Positions 13,139 to 27,009 of a stretch of DNA of 64,000 nt are shown piece by piece (within the stretch, counting starts at the first letter, position 1; every line of letters starts with the position of its first letter). A model generated the notes under the pieces. The model saw only the letters and a list, made by a program, of their open reading frames with translations, did no database searches and had not been told where the DNA came from. The DNA lies in the NCBI RefSeq assembly GCF_006345805.1, contig NC_042999.1:87730001-87794000 (forward strand), in the 5' to 3' direction. Origin of the DNA: Octopus sinensis. Lineage: Eukaryota. The position numbers and the translations under genes are program-made.

Positions 13139-13442
13139 TACCTATATATACTACGCTATGATTTGATGGGGGTATTTCGTATTTCTATGGGATGGGGGTC
13201 CCCTGATTGCTTCCCTTGTTGACGGCTGTATAATTATTGTTGTAGTTAGTAGTGGAAGATTGTAAACGTGGGTGTTGGTGATGGTGGAGCTAAATTAGTG
13301 TTACTTGAGGTGATATTAGTTGTATTGTTATACTGAAGGCAGTTATGAAGCTATTGGTATTGATAATAATGTTAATTATTTGGTGCTGTGATAATTAAAA
13401 TATTGTCGGTGTTTTTATTACTAATTATTATAGGGTGATGGA

Positions 13443-13610
13443 TCGGCTGCATTCTTAGAGCGTTAGAGGGTAATGCTTTGCTATATTGGTTCATGCTTTG
13501 TATGTCTCAGTTCAGATCCTACTGAGGGCAACTTCGCTTTTTCAGGTTTTGAAGGTCAATAGATTAAGTACCAGTGAAATACTGATATTGATAGCTGCAC
13601 GTTCTGCTCC
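13443..13610 (+). mobile_element. SINE family A, decayed
   Basis: ...CAGTTCAGATCCTACTGAGGGCAACTTCGCTTTTTCAGG...TAAGTACCAG follows the family A motif order. Confidence 0.5.
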
Positions 13611-13619
13611 ACCAAATAT

Positions 13620-13722
13620 TTCTTCTTCTTCTTCTTCTTCTTCTTCTTCTTCTTCTTCTTCTTCTTCTTCTTCTTCTTCTTCTTCTTCTTCTTCTTCTTC
13701 TTCTTCTTCTTCTTCTTCTTCT
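13620..13722. repeat. (TTC)n microsatellite
   Basis: Direct reading of the sequence. Confidence 0.95.
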
Positions 13723-14125
<403 letters not shown>

Positions 14126-14128
14126 GTA

Positions 14129-14345
14129 AGGTAGCGAGCTGGCAGAACCGTTAGTGCGCTTGACGAAATGCTTAGCTGTATTCACCCGTCGCTACATTGT
14201 GAGTTCAAATTCCGTCGAGGCTGACTTTGCGTTTCATCCTTTTGGAGGTCGATGAAATAAGTACCACTTGAACACTAGGGTCGATGTAATCGATTTATCT
14301 CCACCTTTTCCAGGCTACCCGTGTGGCAAAAATTTGAAATAATAA
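14129..14345 (+). mobile_element. SINE family A, full length
   Basis: GGTAGCGAGCTGGCAGAACCGTTAG...GAGTTCAAATTCC...AAATTTGAAAT followed by an (AAT)n tail. Confidence 0.85.
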
Positions 14346-14371
14346 TAATTATAATAATTATTATTATTATT

Positions 14372-14880
14372 CAATAACTGCATATCCGTGTTCATCAGGT
14401 GTGTCGTATCATATTGTTTTTAATTAAAACATCGATATTAGACAGGAGATCAATTTTGATTTCTTTTGGGCTATTTCGGTGTTTCTTCTATCGAGTAAAG
14501 TATGTTGTGTCTATTTGATGTTATTTTATTTGGTTGGTGAATATATTTCATATGTCTCGTGTGGATGGTGCCATGTGTTTCAGAATCAGCCGTTCATTGT
14601 GTGCAGATTTGGTGTGTGGCTTGTGTAGAATTAGTGCATTGTGACTCTTCACAGCATGCGTTATGTGGACTCTTTGGCGTAATTATTTTAGGTATCAGTT
14701 ATCTAGTTGTATGTGCTGTGTTATTTTGTTGCATGTAGATAATTCATAATATATTCAGAGTGGTTTGTGTTCTTTCATAGGGTGGTTCGACTGTAGGTAA
14801 TGTGTTGAGTACAGAGAAAGCTATTTAATTTGGATTATTGAATTGAAAGTGCTTTGTGTAGAGTATGGTCTGTATATAAG
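14372..14880 (-). mobile_element. Decayed Penelope-like element 3' part (GIY-YIG remnant)
   Basis: ...LSTCNKITQHI...LRQRVHITH... followed by a terminal CCTGATGAACACGG half-hammerhead; many stops. Confidence 0.45.
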
Positions 14881-16312
14881 TCGCTTTAAAGTGCCTTACT
14901 GTGAAACAGAATATGAAATCATATTGCATACAATTACTTGATCAAGCTTTCTGATGTATAATCATATGATATATTTTATCTGCTATTATAATTTATTTCG
15001 CATCTAGGATACATTACAGAATATAAATCGACGAAAAGACATGACTGGTACCTTATTTTATTGAAGAGTGAAGGTCAGTGCTGACTTTGGCAGGTGCGTG
15101 TGTGTTTGCATGTGTAGTAGTATTAACATTATCACCGAAACGAAGATTAAATTTTTGGAAAACTATTGCAATAACCTCTATTCATCCATTCTAAGACTTA
15201 CTTGTTATGTTTATCTGACTGTTATGGCTTAGTTGGTGCGATAATCGGAGAGTAAATTAAGAAATCGCTGTAGTAGTCATGGAAACATATCTGAGTAAAT
15301 TACTAAACATTTTTTGGAAAATCATTCCAGATACTCAGAGAAATTTAGTTAAAATATTTGTTACAGCAGTAATTAATTGAAAACCAAGCCGATTCACAAC
15401 CGAACTGATATGTAACTTTCTCTTAACCACTTCAACTTTAAATGTAATGATGGCGTTTACTTTGAAACGCTTCTTCATAGCATTTTACAGCCACTAACCA
15501 GTTTTCTCTCCGTTTCTTAAAAAACAAAAAGAAAAACAAAACATTATCTTGCAATACTTTTTTTATTCATCAATTTTTTTTATTCATCAAAAGCGTTTTA
15601 TTATTTTTTTTGATATTATTTTTATTCTAAGCCTCACTTCACAACGAATTTTCTTTGTTTATATTCATTGATTTTCCTACATAATTTTTTTTATTCGTTT
15701 CGTATTTTAATTTTATTTTCATTGTATATAAATTCGATTAGAAAAGTTCATATAGTTTCAAATAAATATATTAAATAGTATGGAACCATTCGATTTCCAT
15801 TACAAAAAAAATCCGCTTTTATTCGGCCATTGCGTAATTAATAGGCACTAGAAAGCAATGACATCGCTTTAAAAGCAAAATGATTGCAATGAACAAGAAT
15901 GTAATGCATTAGTGGAGAGGGTTGAAACAAGTAGGATGAGTGTTGAGACAATAGAGCTTTAGAAAGGTAGATAGCTGCTCACTTCGTACATTAAGAGAAA
16001 ATACAGTCATAAAACACTTTCATTAATAATAAAGAAATGGAGTAAAAAAGAAATGAACACATGATCAAAGACAACAGAAGTGAAAGAAAAATAATCAAAT
16101 ACTTCAATACTGTTATGTTCGATGTTAGACGCCACAATGCAAATAATTCTTTCTTTTCAGTCGACACAGTTGTAGTTGGCAAACAGTAATTTACGAAACA
16201 AATGATTTATACATACATACGTACATACATACATACATACATACATACACACATACATACATACATACATACATACATACACACACATACATACATACAT
16301 ACATACACACAC

Positions 16313-16358
<46 letters not shown>

Positions 16359-16483
16359 CATATACATACATGCATATATACATATAAATATATAAATATA
16401 CACACACACACATATATATATATATACATATATACATACACACACAAGCAAATATATATAAATAGATACATATATAAGTATTC

Positions 16484-16514
<31 letters not shown>

Positions 16515-16554
16515 TATATTAAATTATATATATATATTATATATATATATAAAC

Positions 16555-16602
<48 letters not shown>

Positions 16603-17639
16603 TCACACGCGCGTATATTATTATTTAAAACAGTTTGATTCGGTTCCAGGTGACTCAAAGTTTCGCCAGCTTCCTATTGAAGCCCAACTCATTTAAGCTC
16701 AGATTATCGATTCGGTAATGTGATGTGAGCCTGAACGAGTGGGAACCGAATATAACAATTTAAAATAATAGCATATGAAACTCCTATTAAATGTTTTGTG
16801 TGCCTTTTTTCTTTTGTTTGTTCACTCACTCATATATGTATGTATGTATACGTATACACATTATTTATACATGCATAAGTAGACACGTTATGTGTGTGTA
16901 TGTTTGTGTGCATATACAAATTTTTATGCATAGAGAGCTGGAAAAAGCACCACGTTCTTTGTATATTTATCGGGTCAGGAGATGCATTTCGTTGTAATAT
17001 TTTTCAGTATACATTTCACACGATCCTGTGCCTAGTTAGCTTGGGCACGGCCTATCCGAAATATTGAAAAGTATTAATGAGATGCGTGAGTCCCTAGACT
17101 GAGAGTTTCCAGTCAGAAAACAGTCCGAATTTGGTCAACTGAATCTAGATCAGAAAATATTTATGTTTCCAACAAAAGAATAAACCCAAATGAAATTTAT
17201 GAGACAGTGCATATAAAGCTAGGATGCAATAACATACCCAAAACTTCTAATAACATGTATATGTATGTATTTGTCTGTCAGACTTCTATCCTTTGCTAAA
17301 CGACTAATTTTAATACCTATTAAGGACCATATATAAAATATTGCATCTGACTTTAAATCCTAAGCAGGACTACTTAGCAATAAGATTCCAAACGCTAACA
17401 CTATCAATAATAATATTACGAAGGCCACAAACCTATATTACTAGTAGATTAATAGAATTATGCCATTTTCTGTATTGATAACAAGCAAACATATACAACC
17501 AAACATATATAATTACTCAATTCGACTGTACGGAACCCAAGATTTGTTGAGCCACAATAAAATAGATGATAGCGATATTGATAACAATAAGTCGTCATAA
17601 AGATATTCTTTTTTCGCAAGGACTCTTCCAAAGTGGAAA

Positions 17640-18560
17640 AAATATCTTGGATTAAATAGATGCCATCAACATAATGATGGTGGGAATTGATAACACGGAT
17701 GTTTGTGAGCTCTTAGGGCTTTTAAGTTTAGACGTTCTTGCTTGTAAAGTTACAACCATATACTTTAGAATAGCTATAATTTAAAGCATTAATGGTCACG
17801 TGTTAGATGAAGTGAGAAAGAACATCATTCACAAATTAACACTTTCGGTCTTGAAATTACTATAGCTTAACTACTAGTGACTTTCTTGGCAAGATTTATC
17901 ATTTGCCTTCCACAAAACCAGCAGGAAATAAAGCGAAAGTATCTCCTACAATAACCTGGAATGATGCCCACCATAGTGTTAAAGCAACTCATGTACTACA
18001 TTAGAAGAAGCATCATCAATATAATGCCGAATAAGAATACATTTAGTTGTTTGACTTCATCCTAAAATACGCTTTCCTAACTAACTTATTCCGAAAGAAA
18101 ATTATTAACCCGCTTCCCTCCTTACCTTTAGAAATGAAAAAAATGAAATATATGTTCTAACCCCTGATTTTCACCCAATGTAAAATCTAATAAAGGGAAA
18201 CTTATATGAATAAACAAATACATCCCTCCTAGCCACAGATATATGAAACCTTTAAGGAGCACAATCTTAAAATTCCCTACAAATGTACCAAAAACATAGA
18301 AACATAATATTATAGATACCAACGATGAAAGAAAATGGTATGGAAAATGCTCAGGAAAGGTTAATATGTACTAGACAAATTTTGCAGAGTAGAATCAATG
18401 ATTTATTAGGCAGTAATCACACCTATAAACCTAATCTAGCAGAAGCATCTAACTGCTAGAAAGTTTATATAATGATATATTCTCGTATAAAAGTAGAAAA
18501 CTGGGCAGGTTACACTTAGAAGAAATTGGACTACTATTTTCCAAACTTTAATTACTAGAA
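17640..18560 (+). mobile_element. Decayed Neptune-type PLE reverse transcriptase remnant
   Basis: MVGIDNTDVCELLGL at 17677 resembles the MGSYDGAEVCELVGL motif, followed by DEVRKNII and DFL; many stops and frameshifts. Confidence 0.4.
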
Positions 18561-18799
18561 GAATCCAAACGATAACTCATTACAAGTGAAATGTGTGAAT
18601 TATTCACGGAAGAGAAAAGAAAATATCCAGCTAATATCTTCATTAACGATATCTTTGCTTAACTAATAGATCCGAGATTTCTGGAAAATACAGATACTTT
18701 GAAAGGCACTTTTACAATACCACCAGTCTACATGAAGTACAAATGTGCATCGGCAGCTGATATTGGTTCATCTTAGACTTTTTCTGGTTATTTCTCTAC

Positions 18800-19095
18800 C
18801 AACTTCCTTTCTGCCATTCATGTAACTTATTTTTGTTTAGATTGGCATACCCACTTTGGTACAGGGTTTTGAGATTTCTGTTTAAGAGGCAGTGTGTATT
18901 TAGCATATTTTGTCTATGTTGTGATTGGAGGATGCATGGTAGGGAATGTCAGTGGTGACAGGAATCATCTGCATAAAAGTGGATGTTGTGGAACTTGGAC
19001 TAAGAGTGCGTAGTTAGGTCTCGTTTTGTGATATTGTAACAGCATATGGTCATTCTGAGAACTGTTTTTTATAATGCTTTCTTCCCTTACATCTT
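18800..19095 (-). mobile_element. Decayed CR1/L2-type RT fragment
   Basis: KFHNIHFYADDS, with YADD at 18964-18975 on minus. Confidence 0.35.
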
Positions 19096-19155
19096 TTAGC
19101 ATACATGTGTGTGTGTGTGTATGTGTGTAAGTACAAACACACACATACATACATA

Positions 19156-19335
19156 CAAACCTGGATGGAAAGCACTCACCCTAGAAAAGAAGACAATGCA
19201 TGGGTATGTTGCCTGGAAGCTTGAAGATGACAGTAGAATTGACACGAAGCGCAGCCTCTCTTGGACACAAGACCACTACATCACATCACACTATGAAGGT
19301 TATGCCTTTGCTATCCAGGAATAGGAAATTGCATA
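19156..19335 (+). mobile_element. REL-type LINE fragment, same family as 20883-21806
   Basis: KPGWKALTLEKKTMHGYVAWKL...YEGYAFAIQE; about 90% identical by eye to the minus-strand copy. Confidence 0.8.
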
Positions 19336-20042
19336 CATTGCGTAGCATACATGTAACGAACAGGATACCATGACTTATATTCTTAATAATGGCACAACTG
19401 ATTGATTGTTACCTTCTCCTGCAATCCTACAAGGTTGTATATTTGCCTATGTATGTGCTGAAACGTGTTTAAAAAACTGATGGTGTTTCGTCAAGTAGTC
19501 ATCGATAAAATATGAACAATAATGAAATAATAACTGAAGATGTTCGGATCAACTAAGATTCTTAAGTATCTCATCATCGCCGAAATCCAATGTCTGAAAC
19601 TAGTTGAAGAATATTACTTATTATTTATTTGAAATCAAATTTCTGGTAATTGGTTTCATATGAGGCTATTTCAATTTTGGTTAGCTGCTTAATTAACATC
19701 TGATGTCGCATCCCTTTCAGTGGAGGAAGGTGTTCATATAAATACTGTATTACTCAAATGCTGTGCAAGTTATATGGAAATGTGTGTTAGATGCTATATT
19801 TCCCGTGGGGCACTTGATTGGTTATTACTGCAATTGACAGATACATAAAAAAAATGGGCACAGTCAGGGCAATGTAATTAAAATGTTTGTTTCACAATTA
19901 CGTGGACCTAAGCTCGATCAATTTACACGGTATCTTGAGTGGGTTCTTTCTATAACCTCCATTTGATTAATAATGACGTGTGTGTGAGATTGCTAGGCAG
20001 TCAGCGTGAGGATCAACAAATATGATATCTGTTTGGTTAAAT

Positions 20043-20373
20043 AAGCATGGTTCAGTGGTTAGAGTGTCGGGCTCACAATCATCTAGTAGTGAGTTTGATT
20101 TCCGGACCGGACTGTGAGTTGTGTTCTCAAGCAAGACACTCTATTTCACGTTGATCCAGTATACTCAACTGTAGAAAAGACTTGCGACGTCACTGGTGCC
20201 AAGTTGTATCGGCCTTGTCCTTTCTCTTCGATAGCATCAGTGGTATGGAGAGGGAAGGCTGGTATGCATGGGAGACTGCTGGTCTTCCATAAACCTTTCC
20301 CGGACTTGTGCCTCGGAGGTGGACTTTCCTGGTGCAAACCCATGGTCATTTATGACCAAAGGAGTATTCTTTA
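20043..20373 (+). mobile_element. SINE family D, full length (tRNA head)
   Basis: A box TGGTTCAGTGG, B-box-like GAGTTTGATTTCC; homologous to 39375-39703. Confidence 0.85.
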
Positions 20374-20698
20374 AAGGGAATATTAATATTATATATTAAC
20401 CTATATGATGGTACTTCCCGTCTGTTTCGATGTATGAGAGTTTGAAGGAGAGTAAATACATAAACAGAGCCAATTTAGATTTTTCTTCGTAGATTGAAGA
20501 AAAATTATTTTCAGCCTTAATCAGTTTTCGAACCTTATACGGTACTCATTACAGGTGTCTACATCAACTTGACCAATCCAAGAAAACATTCAACCAATAT
20601 ATTTATATATTCAACAATTCCAGTAACTCCAGAGGACTGGAGCTGTTAATTTGTTTACGGTATGTGTTAACACTTTATTTAACATCGAGTCCTGAGTT

Positions 20699-20850
20699 GC
20701 AGGCATGGCTGTGTGGTTACGATGAACCCTTAGCAACTATGTGTGCAATAAGCGCGAGCCTATTGTCTTCCACTATAACGCAAAACCGATCCCCTTTGTG
20801 ATTATTTGAATTTGGTTGACGGAAACACTGTATTGAAATCTGTTGCATGT
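20699..20850 (+). mobile_element. SINE family B left half, decayed
   Basis: GCAGGCATGGCTGTGTGGTT...TTTGGTTGACGGAAAC. Confidence 0.5.
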
Positions 20851-20882
20851 ATGTATATATGTATGTATGCATGCACATATGC

Positions 20883-21804
20883 CTTTTCTTTCCTTTAATT
20901 ATCATAAATCTTCCACTGAAGAGGGAGCTGGTTTCCAACAAAGAGACCAAGCTCCATCTTTGGGATGTTGTTAAATTCCCATTTGGTAGTTGAGAAAAAT
21001 GTTGCATATTTTTACTGTTCCACTCACAGATTGTACTTGTAATGTACGAATCAGCCGGTTGATTTCTCTTTCTGGAAATACCAGTTTATCCCGATTCTGC
21101 TTTAAACATTTACCACCAAAACCTAGTGCTCCAGTTATTATTGGTATGATTATGATTTCATAGTCTGGATATAGAAGATTGAGGTTTAGAAGCAGTTGTC
21201 CATAGATGTCCTCTTTTTCTTTGATTTTCAGAGAGATTTTTATATCTGCAAGGCTACTGATCTCTATGACGGTGTGTACCTTTGCCCCTCTGTCCCAAAC
21301 GACAGTATCCGGCCTGTTATGTTTACTTTCGACAGAAGTTTTGATGGGAATATTCCACCAGCATTCTACGACTTGGTGTTTATGAATATATTCTATAACA
21401 GGAGTTTTCTTATTTTATTTCAGGATAGTCTCTCTTGCGGATGGCATTGTAAATTGTTTTAGCGAAAACATTGTACCGCATAGGGAGGTAGTACCATGAA
21501 GACATTTTTGGACAGCTGCTAATCACATGAGTGATGTCATCCACAGAAATTTGACATTGCCTACACATGCGGTTGTACCTTGGGATTACAAGAGAGTCGC
21601 TATCTCTCTTGTTCACCAAGTACTGTGAGGCAATCTCCTGTTCCTGGATTGCAAACGCATAGCCTTCAAAGTGTGATGTGAGGTAGTGGTCTTGTAGCCA
21701 AGAAAGGCTGCATTTCGTGTCGATTCTAATGTATTCTTCAAGCTTCCGGGCAACATACCCATGCATAGTCTTCTTTTGTAGGGTGAGTGCTTTCCATCCA
21801 GGTT

Positions 21805-21806
<2 letters not shown>
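20883..21806 (-). mobile_element. 5'-truncated REL-type (R2-group) LINE with CCHC knuckle, endonuclease remnant and 3'UTR hairpin
   Basis: KKTMHGY...CRQCQISVDDITHVISSCPK (CCHC zinc knuckle), then a frameshifted endonuclease region. 3'UTR stem GGAGCT/AGCTCC at 20924-20955. Confidence 0.9.
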
Positions 21807-21836
<30 letters not shown>

Positions 21837-21884
21837 TGTATGTATGTATGTATGTATGTATGTATGTATGTATGTATGTATGTA

Positions 21885-22105
21885 TGTGTGTGTGTGTGTG
21901 TGTGTGTGTTTACCCTTCTTTCGCTTGACAACAGTTATCGGTTTGTTTACTTCCCCGCTGATTAGCAGTTGGGTAAATGAGAGGTATACAATAAGTAACA
22001 TAATTTTACAAAAAGAAGTACTGCGGAGTATTTGCTCGACTAAACCCTTTAAGGCGTTGCCCTAGCATGGTCGCAATATAATGACGAAGCAGGTAAAGAA
22101 ATAAA
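21885..22105 (+). mobile_element. SINE family B right half
   Basis: TCGCTTGACAAC...TTTGCTCGACTAAA...CCTAGCATGGTCGCA. Confidence 0.7.
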
Positions 22106-22122
22106 AAAAAATGATAAACAGA

Positions 22123-22323
22123 TGCAGGCGTGGCTGTGTAGTAAGAAGGTTGCTTCCCGACTATATGGTTCCGGGCTCAGTCCCACTGCGTGCTACCTTG
22201 GGCATATGTCTTGTACAATAGGTTTGTTCGGCCGACCAACCCTTGTAAGTAGATTTGGTAGTTGGAAATTGAAAGAAGTCCGTCGTATACATACATACAT
22301 ACATACATACATACATACATACA

Positions 22324-22355
<32 letters not shown>

Positions 22356-22360
22356 CATAT

Positions 22361-22446
<86 letters not shown>

Positions 22447-22850
22447 ACAAGACGATGACATGTAGTGTAGAAAACAAACAGATATATTAGTATAACGCTC
22501 GGGAATTGAAAAAGTATTTAACGTTTCGAGCCTACGCTCTTCCACTGAAAGGAACACAGAAAGAAACAAGGAGAGAAACAAGATAGATATATAGATATAT
22601 AGATAGATAGATAGATGTATATATATCAATGTGTGTGTGTCTTTGTGTCTATGTTTGTTCTCCCACTACTACTTGACAACCGGTGGTGGTGTGTTTACGC
22701 CCACGTAATTAGCAGTTCAGCAAAAGAGTTCGGTAGAATAAGTACTAGGCTTAGTAAAGAAGTACTGGTGTACTTCTTTCCATTCAAGTAAAACTTCAAT
22801 GCGGTGCCCCAGCATGGCTACAGTCTAATGACTAAAACATGTAAAAGATA
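22123..22850 (+). mobile_element. Bipartite SINE family B (tRNA head, CORE-like box, internal microsatellite, right half), interrupted by family C
   Basis: Left half 22123-22290 (A box TGGCTGTGTAG, CORE-like ACCTTGGGCATATGTC), then microsatellite, family C insert, and right half 22630-22850. Confidence 0.8.
22446..22585 (-). mobile_element. Family C short repeat with variant hammerhead-like motif
   Basis: Minus strand: CTTT CAGTGGA A GAGC GTAG GCTC GAAAC GTT at 22516-22551. Confidence 0.8.
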
Positions 22851-23656
22851 TATATAGAAAAAAAAAAGCTAAAATTACTGTTTAAAACATAGACAGCAAA
22901 AATTTCTGTTTTGATGCTTTAGATATGGTTGTAAGACATATAATTACTTCAGTATAAGAGATGTAAAAACATGCTTTAATCCTCCGGAAATTTTAGCTTT
23001 CCAAATTAGTATTCAACTAAAACGTAACCCTAGATTTACGTTTGTAGTTGAAATAATTTTTATGACGAATTCACTCATGCAAATTAGAGAAAAGAACATG
23101 CGCATTCATCCAAATATAAGCAGAAAACTTTCATTTAATCAAATAGAGACTTAGTCATTTTGTTACCTGCTAAAACTATCTTCTCAAACATCCGCACTTC
23201 CGTTTGCTTACACTAAGCAATTGTGAGTAATAATGTAATTTAATCCAGAAGTTACGCCTAGCATTTGCTTTCCTTTATTTGTATTTATGTTATTCAGTAT
23301 GAACATCCCTTAGAAACAAGTCAGCCTCCTTATTTATTATAGCTGACATAATATTTAACGAAGAAGAATAAAGAAAAAAAAACAGTCTGAATTCCTAAGT
23401 TATTCGCTCTAGATTTCCATAGTAAACTTAAACAGACTTTTAACAAAACAATTACAAAGGTAAAGCAACATGATTAGATTGCAATCCACAAAATTTACTT
23501 TATTTCATTGAAGTATCAGTTAGTAAGGTTAAGAATGCTTGAATGCTTTGATTTTAAATCATTCATATACATTTTGACTTTAAATAAAGAATTGCGATGA
23601 ACATATTTTTTATGTACAAACTTTATAGATGTCTTGTAAATAAAATAATATCCCCT

Positions 23657-23688
<32 letters not shown>

Positions 23689-23774
23689 TGTATGTATGTA
23701 TGTATGTATGTATGTATGTATGTATGTATGTATGTGTGGGTGTCTGTCTCTGTCTACTTCTTATTTTCTTTCTT

Positions 23775-23827
<53 letters not shown>

Positions 23828-26299
23828 TACATACAGTACACTGAAGGCCCTGTACTCGTGTCCAAGTAAGATCTCTTCTGCCACAGAATATCTTTTCAAA
23901 CTGTCACGTACTGGGTAGTTTCACTACTGTGCGCAAGAGATTTATAGGTCCTACAGTGTATAGGACAACATAAATGAAATTAGAAAATTCTGAAGATGGT
24001 GATGATATATCTCAGGAAGAAATTTTGTGTTAATTTCCTTTATGACAGCTTGAAAAAAAGAATGGATTTTTTCCACCTTTTGAACAATCAGATAGAAATT
24101 TTTTTATGTTGAAATATTGACTTACATTATTTTACGAGCGGCAATTTCCATCCTAGCATAATTCGAAATGGTAGCTTTAAAGACTAGGTGTCCTTCATAA
24201 ATATTCATCCATTTAGATAAGTTCCACGTTCATACCTTTTACTTCTTGAATTCAAATTCAATACATTTTACAGGGTTTATAGGTTAATGCCCATTTAGTC
24301 CGCGCATTCCAGTACGGCCGTTCTAGTAGTCAGTGTCCGCGGTTCCAACGAAATTCTGGCATGAACAGTTCTTTAAAGTGTGTATATTAATGTGTATGTG
24401 TGTGTATGTGTGTGTTAGATGAAAATACGTTGCTATAACAAAGCTGAAAAATTTTTCTTTGGTTGTGTGCTGAAGATCATGCTTGTATTGAGTTTTCTAA
24501 ACGACTGCAGATGCTATATTTACTTTATCATTTATATCTACATCATTGCCTGGAACTATACAAACACTAGAGTTTATATAGTAAAGTGACCTAAGAAAAG
24601 GTAGCCATTTATTATTTGGGTTGAATTCTAGTAAAAATTTGTATTTTACTTTTATACTGAGCATGCCGGCTTCCTAAGCAATGTGGTATATTCACGAGAG
24701 GAAAATGAATTAACTTTGGCATAACAGTACCCCCAGATGTCATTAAAACAGTCGTAGTGCTATGGTGCTAACCGTAAATGTGTAGGATTTTCTCTTTAAG
24801 CGATGAAAGTTCTGCCTGAGATTCTATATCTTAAAAAGACACACCTGTAAATATTTCGAAAAATACGTAAAGGAACAACCGAAAGAAATAAGACATATAT
24901 TTTCCTGCTTAACAGCATTGCCAACTGGAAAAAGAAGGTGAAAGTGACCTTTTCAAAACAACTTCATCTAGTTTACTGCTGCATATCTATTGAAATGTTT
25001 ACAAATCTTGGGAAAGATCCAAGTTTTCCTATGTTACATATTGATCACAGAATATGTGTTTATTGAAATAATTCTCAGCAACAACATATATGAAAGTGTT
25101 AGACTGAAAACATTCTGATAGAGCATATGACATGCTATTTAAAACAGAGCATTCACTATTTTCCTAAAATTTGTTTCTATCTTGTCGCCATTTATGACAT
25201 CTGTAATTTCATAACGTAAGATCATATAATGTTCTGGCGGATAGAAAACGTGTTAAGTGATCTTTCTAAGATCCAATATAAGGTGAGCCCCATTTCTTTA
25301 CCCTAAAAGATATATTTGAAAATAAATTATTGAATCTTTGGATTTTGTGCTTCGTAAAATTTACACTGATACGTACAAATGTTTCGTAAGTGCAGCATAT
25401 AGAAGTAAAACAAAATGGTATTTTGTTAAATCTATGTAGGCTCTGTCAGAAATATAATGTAATCAATTAGCTACCTATTTTCTCAATGTGGGAGTATCAA
25501 ACATACTTATGAATGTGTTTTGATGGAAAATATATATTACCCACTGTCAACTGACAACCAGAAGAGAGTTGCTGAAGATGATGAAGCAACCATTCACTTT
25601 CCTTGTTTCTGATTCTCTCCCTTTGTTTTCCACTAGACATATTTCGGACACGGCTGCCATATACCAGCTAAATTGCTAGGTTACTTTGGCTGTCTGAATT
25701 TGAAAAATACAATAAAACAAATATGTAGTTGTTTTTCACTAGAAAGTCGTAAAAAATCCCCAAACTAGTGGCTGTCTGGCTATCACAAATAAACACATAA
25801 AGTTTTCTCACAAAAGGTACTAATAAGTGGTGAATTTTCATTGCGTTGATAACAATCTTTTTTTTTTATCTTCGGATATGATTTACTTCTACCATTTTCA
25901 GAGTGAATATTTCTTTTACTTATTTCTGTTTTCTTAACATCTACAGCACTACTGCCACACCAAAAGTGCCGGTGGCTGTCAGCATTTAAAATAGTCTGAC
26001 GCAAGTGTGATTAGAAGATGGAATGAAAACAAAAAAAAGACAAGAGGAAGTTTCTTTCAGAAAATAGTAAAACAGGTGAAAAACGAGAGTCGAAGGAGAA
26101 TAAGGGAAACAAAACGAAGAAAATTTACCAATTAGAACATTTTTTTTTATGAGAGCGTTTCTTTGCAGTCACTTTGTATTATCTCTTTCAAATATGACAA
26201 TAGGAAATAAATACCTAGAGTCTGAAAGTAGACATTTCACCTTTCAACATATCTCTCTTCCTCCTGACATGTTTTTCCGTATATGCGTATTTTTAGTTA

Positions 26300-26462
26300 T
26301 TGGACAGCGACCATGCTAAGGCACCACATTAAATTAAACAGTCGACTAAATCGACCCCAGTATCTATTTATTTTAAAGTCCTGCACATATACAAGAGGCA
26401 TCTTTTTGCTGAACCTCTAGATAACGGAGAAACAAAACACCATTATTTGTTGCCAAACGATG
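26300..26462 (-). mobile_element. SINE family B right half, decayed
   Basis: GCGACCATGCTAAGGCACCAC...GTCGACTAAATCGACCCCAG. Confidence 0.6.
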
Positions 26463-26764
26463 ATTAACGCTGAAAGAGATACATATAAGTATGTATGTAT
26501 ATGAAGAGTTAGTCTATCTCTGTCTCTGTCTCTGTCTCTGTCTCTGTCTGTCTGTCTGTCTCTCTCAGTATTATATATATATATGTATATATATATGATT
26601 GTGTCTAGGGAAAGTCATTCACTATTAGTGTCTTATTACTTAACACACTCACCGTCACGATTGCCTCTCATTTACATATTATTTGTTCAAAAGTTTTCGC
26701 TCCGTTTTGCAACCTCCGTTTTGCAACCTCCGTTTTTCAATAGTCGTTGACTCTGTCCCTTATC

Positions 26765-26826
<62 letters not shown>

Positions 26827-26843
26827 ATATCTATCTATCTATA

Positions 26844-26874
<31 letters not shown>

Positions 26875-26910
26875 GAATGTATGTATATATGTATGTGTGT
26901 ATAAAAATCA

Positions 26911-26976
<66 letters not shown>

Positions 26977-27009
26977 ATAGATAAAACGTCCTTAGAAAAG
27001 GATGTGTGG

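Noticed and set aside
17008-17085. 78-bp exon candidate with good acceptor (TTTTCAG) and donor (GTGAGT)
   Set aside because: Stops in all three frames; at most a non-coding exon, with no other support.
23840-24360. Possible piggyBac-like remnant (acidic SEDGDDISQEE stretch)
   Set aside because: No TIRs, TTAA TSD or catalytic motifs identified.
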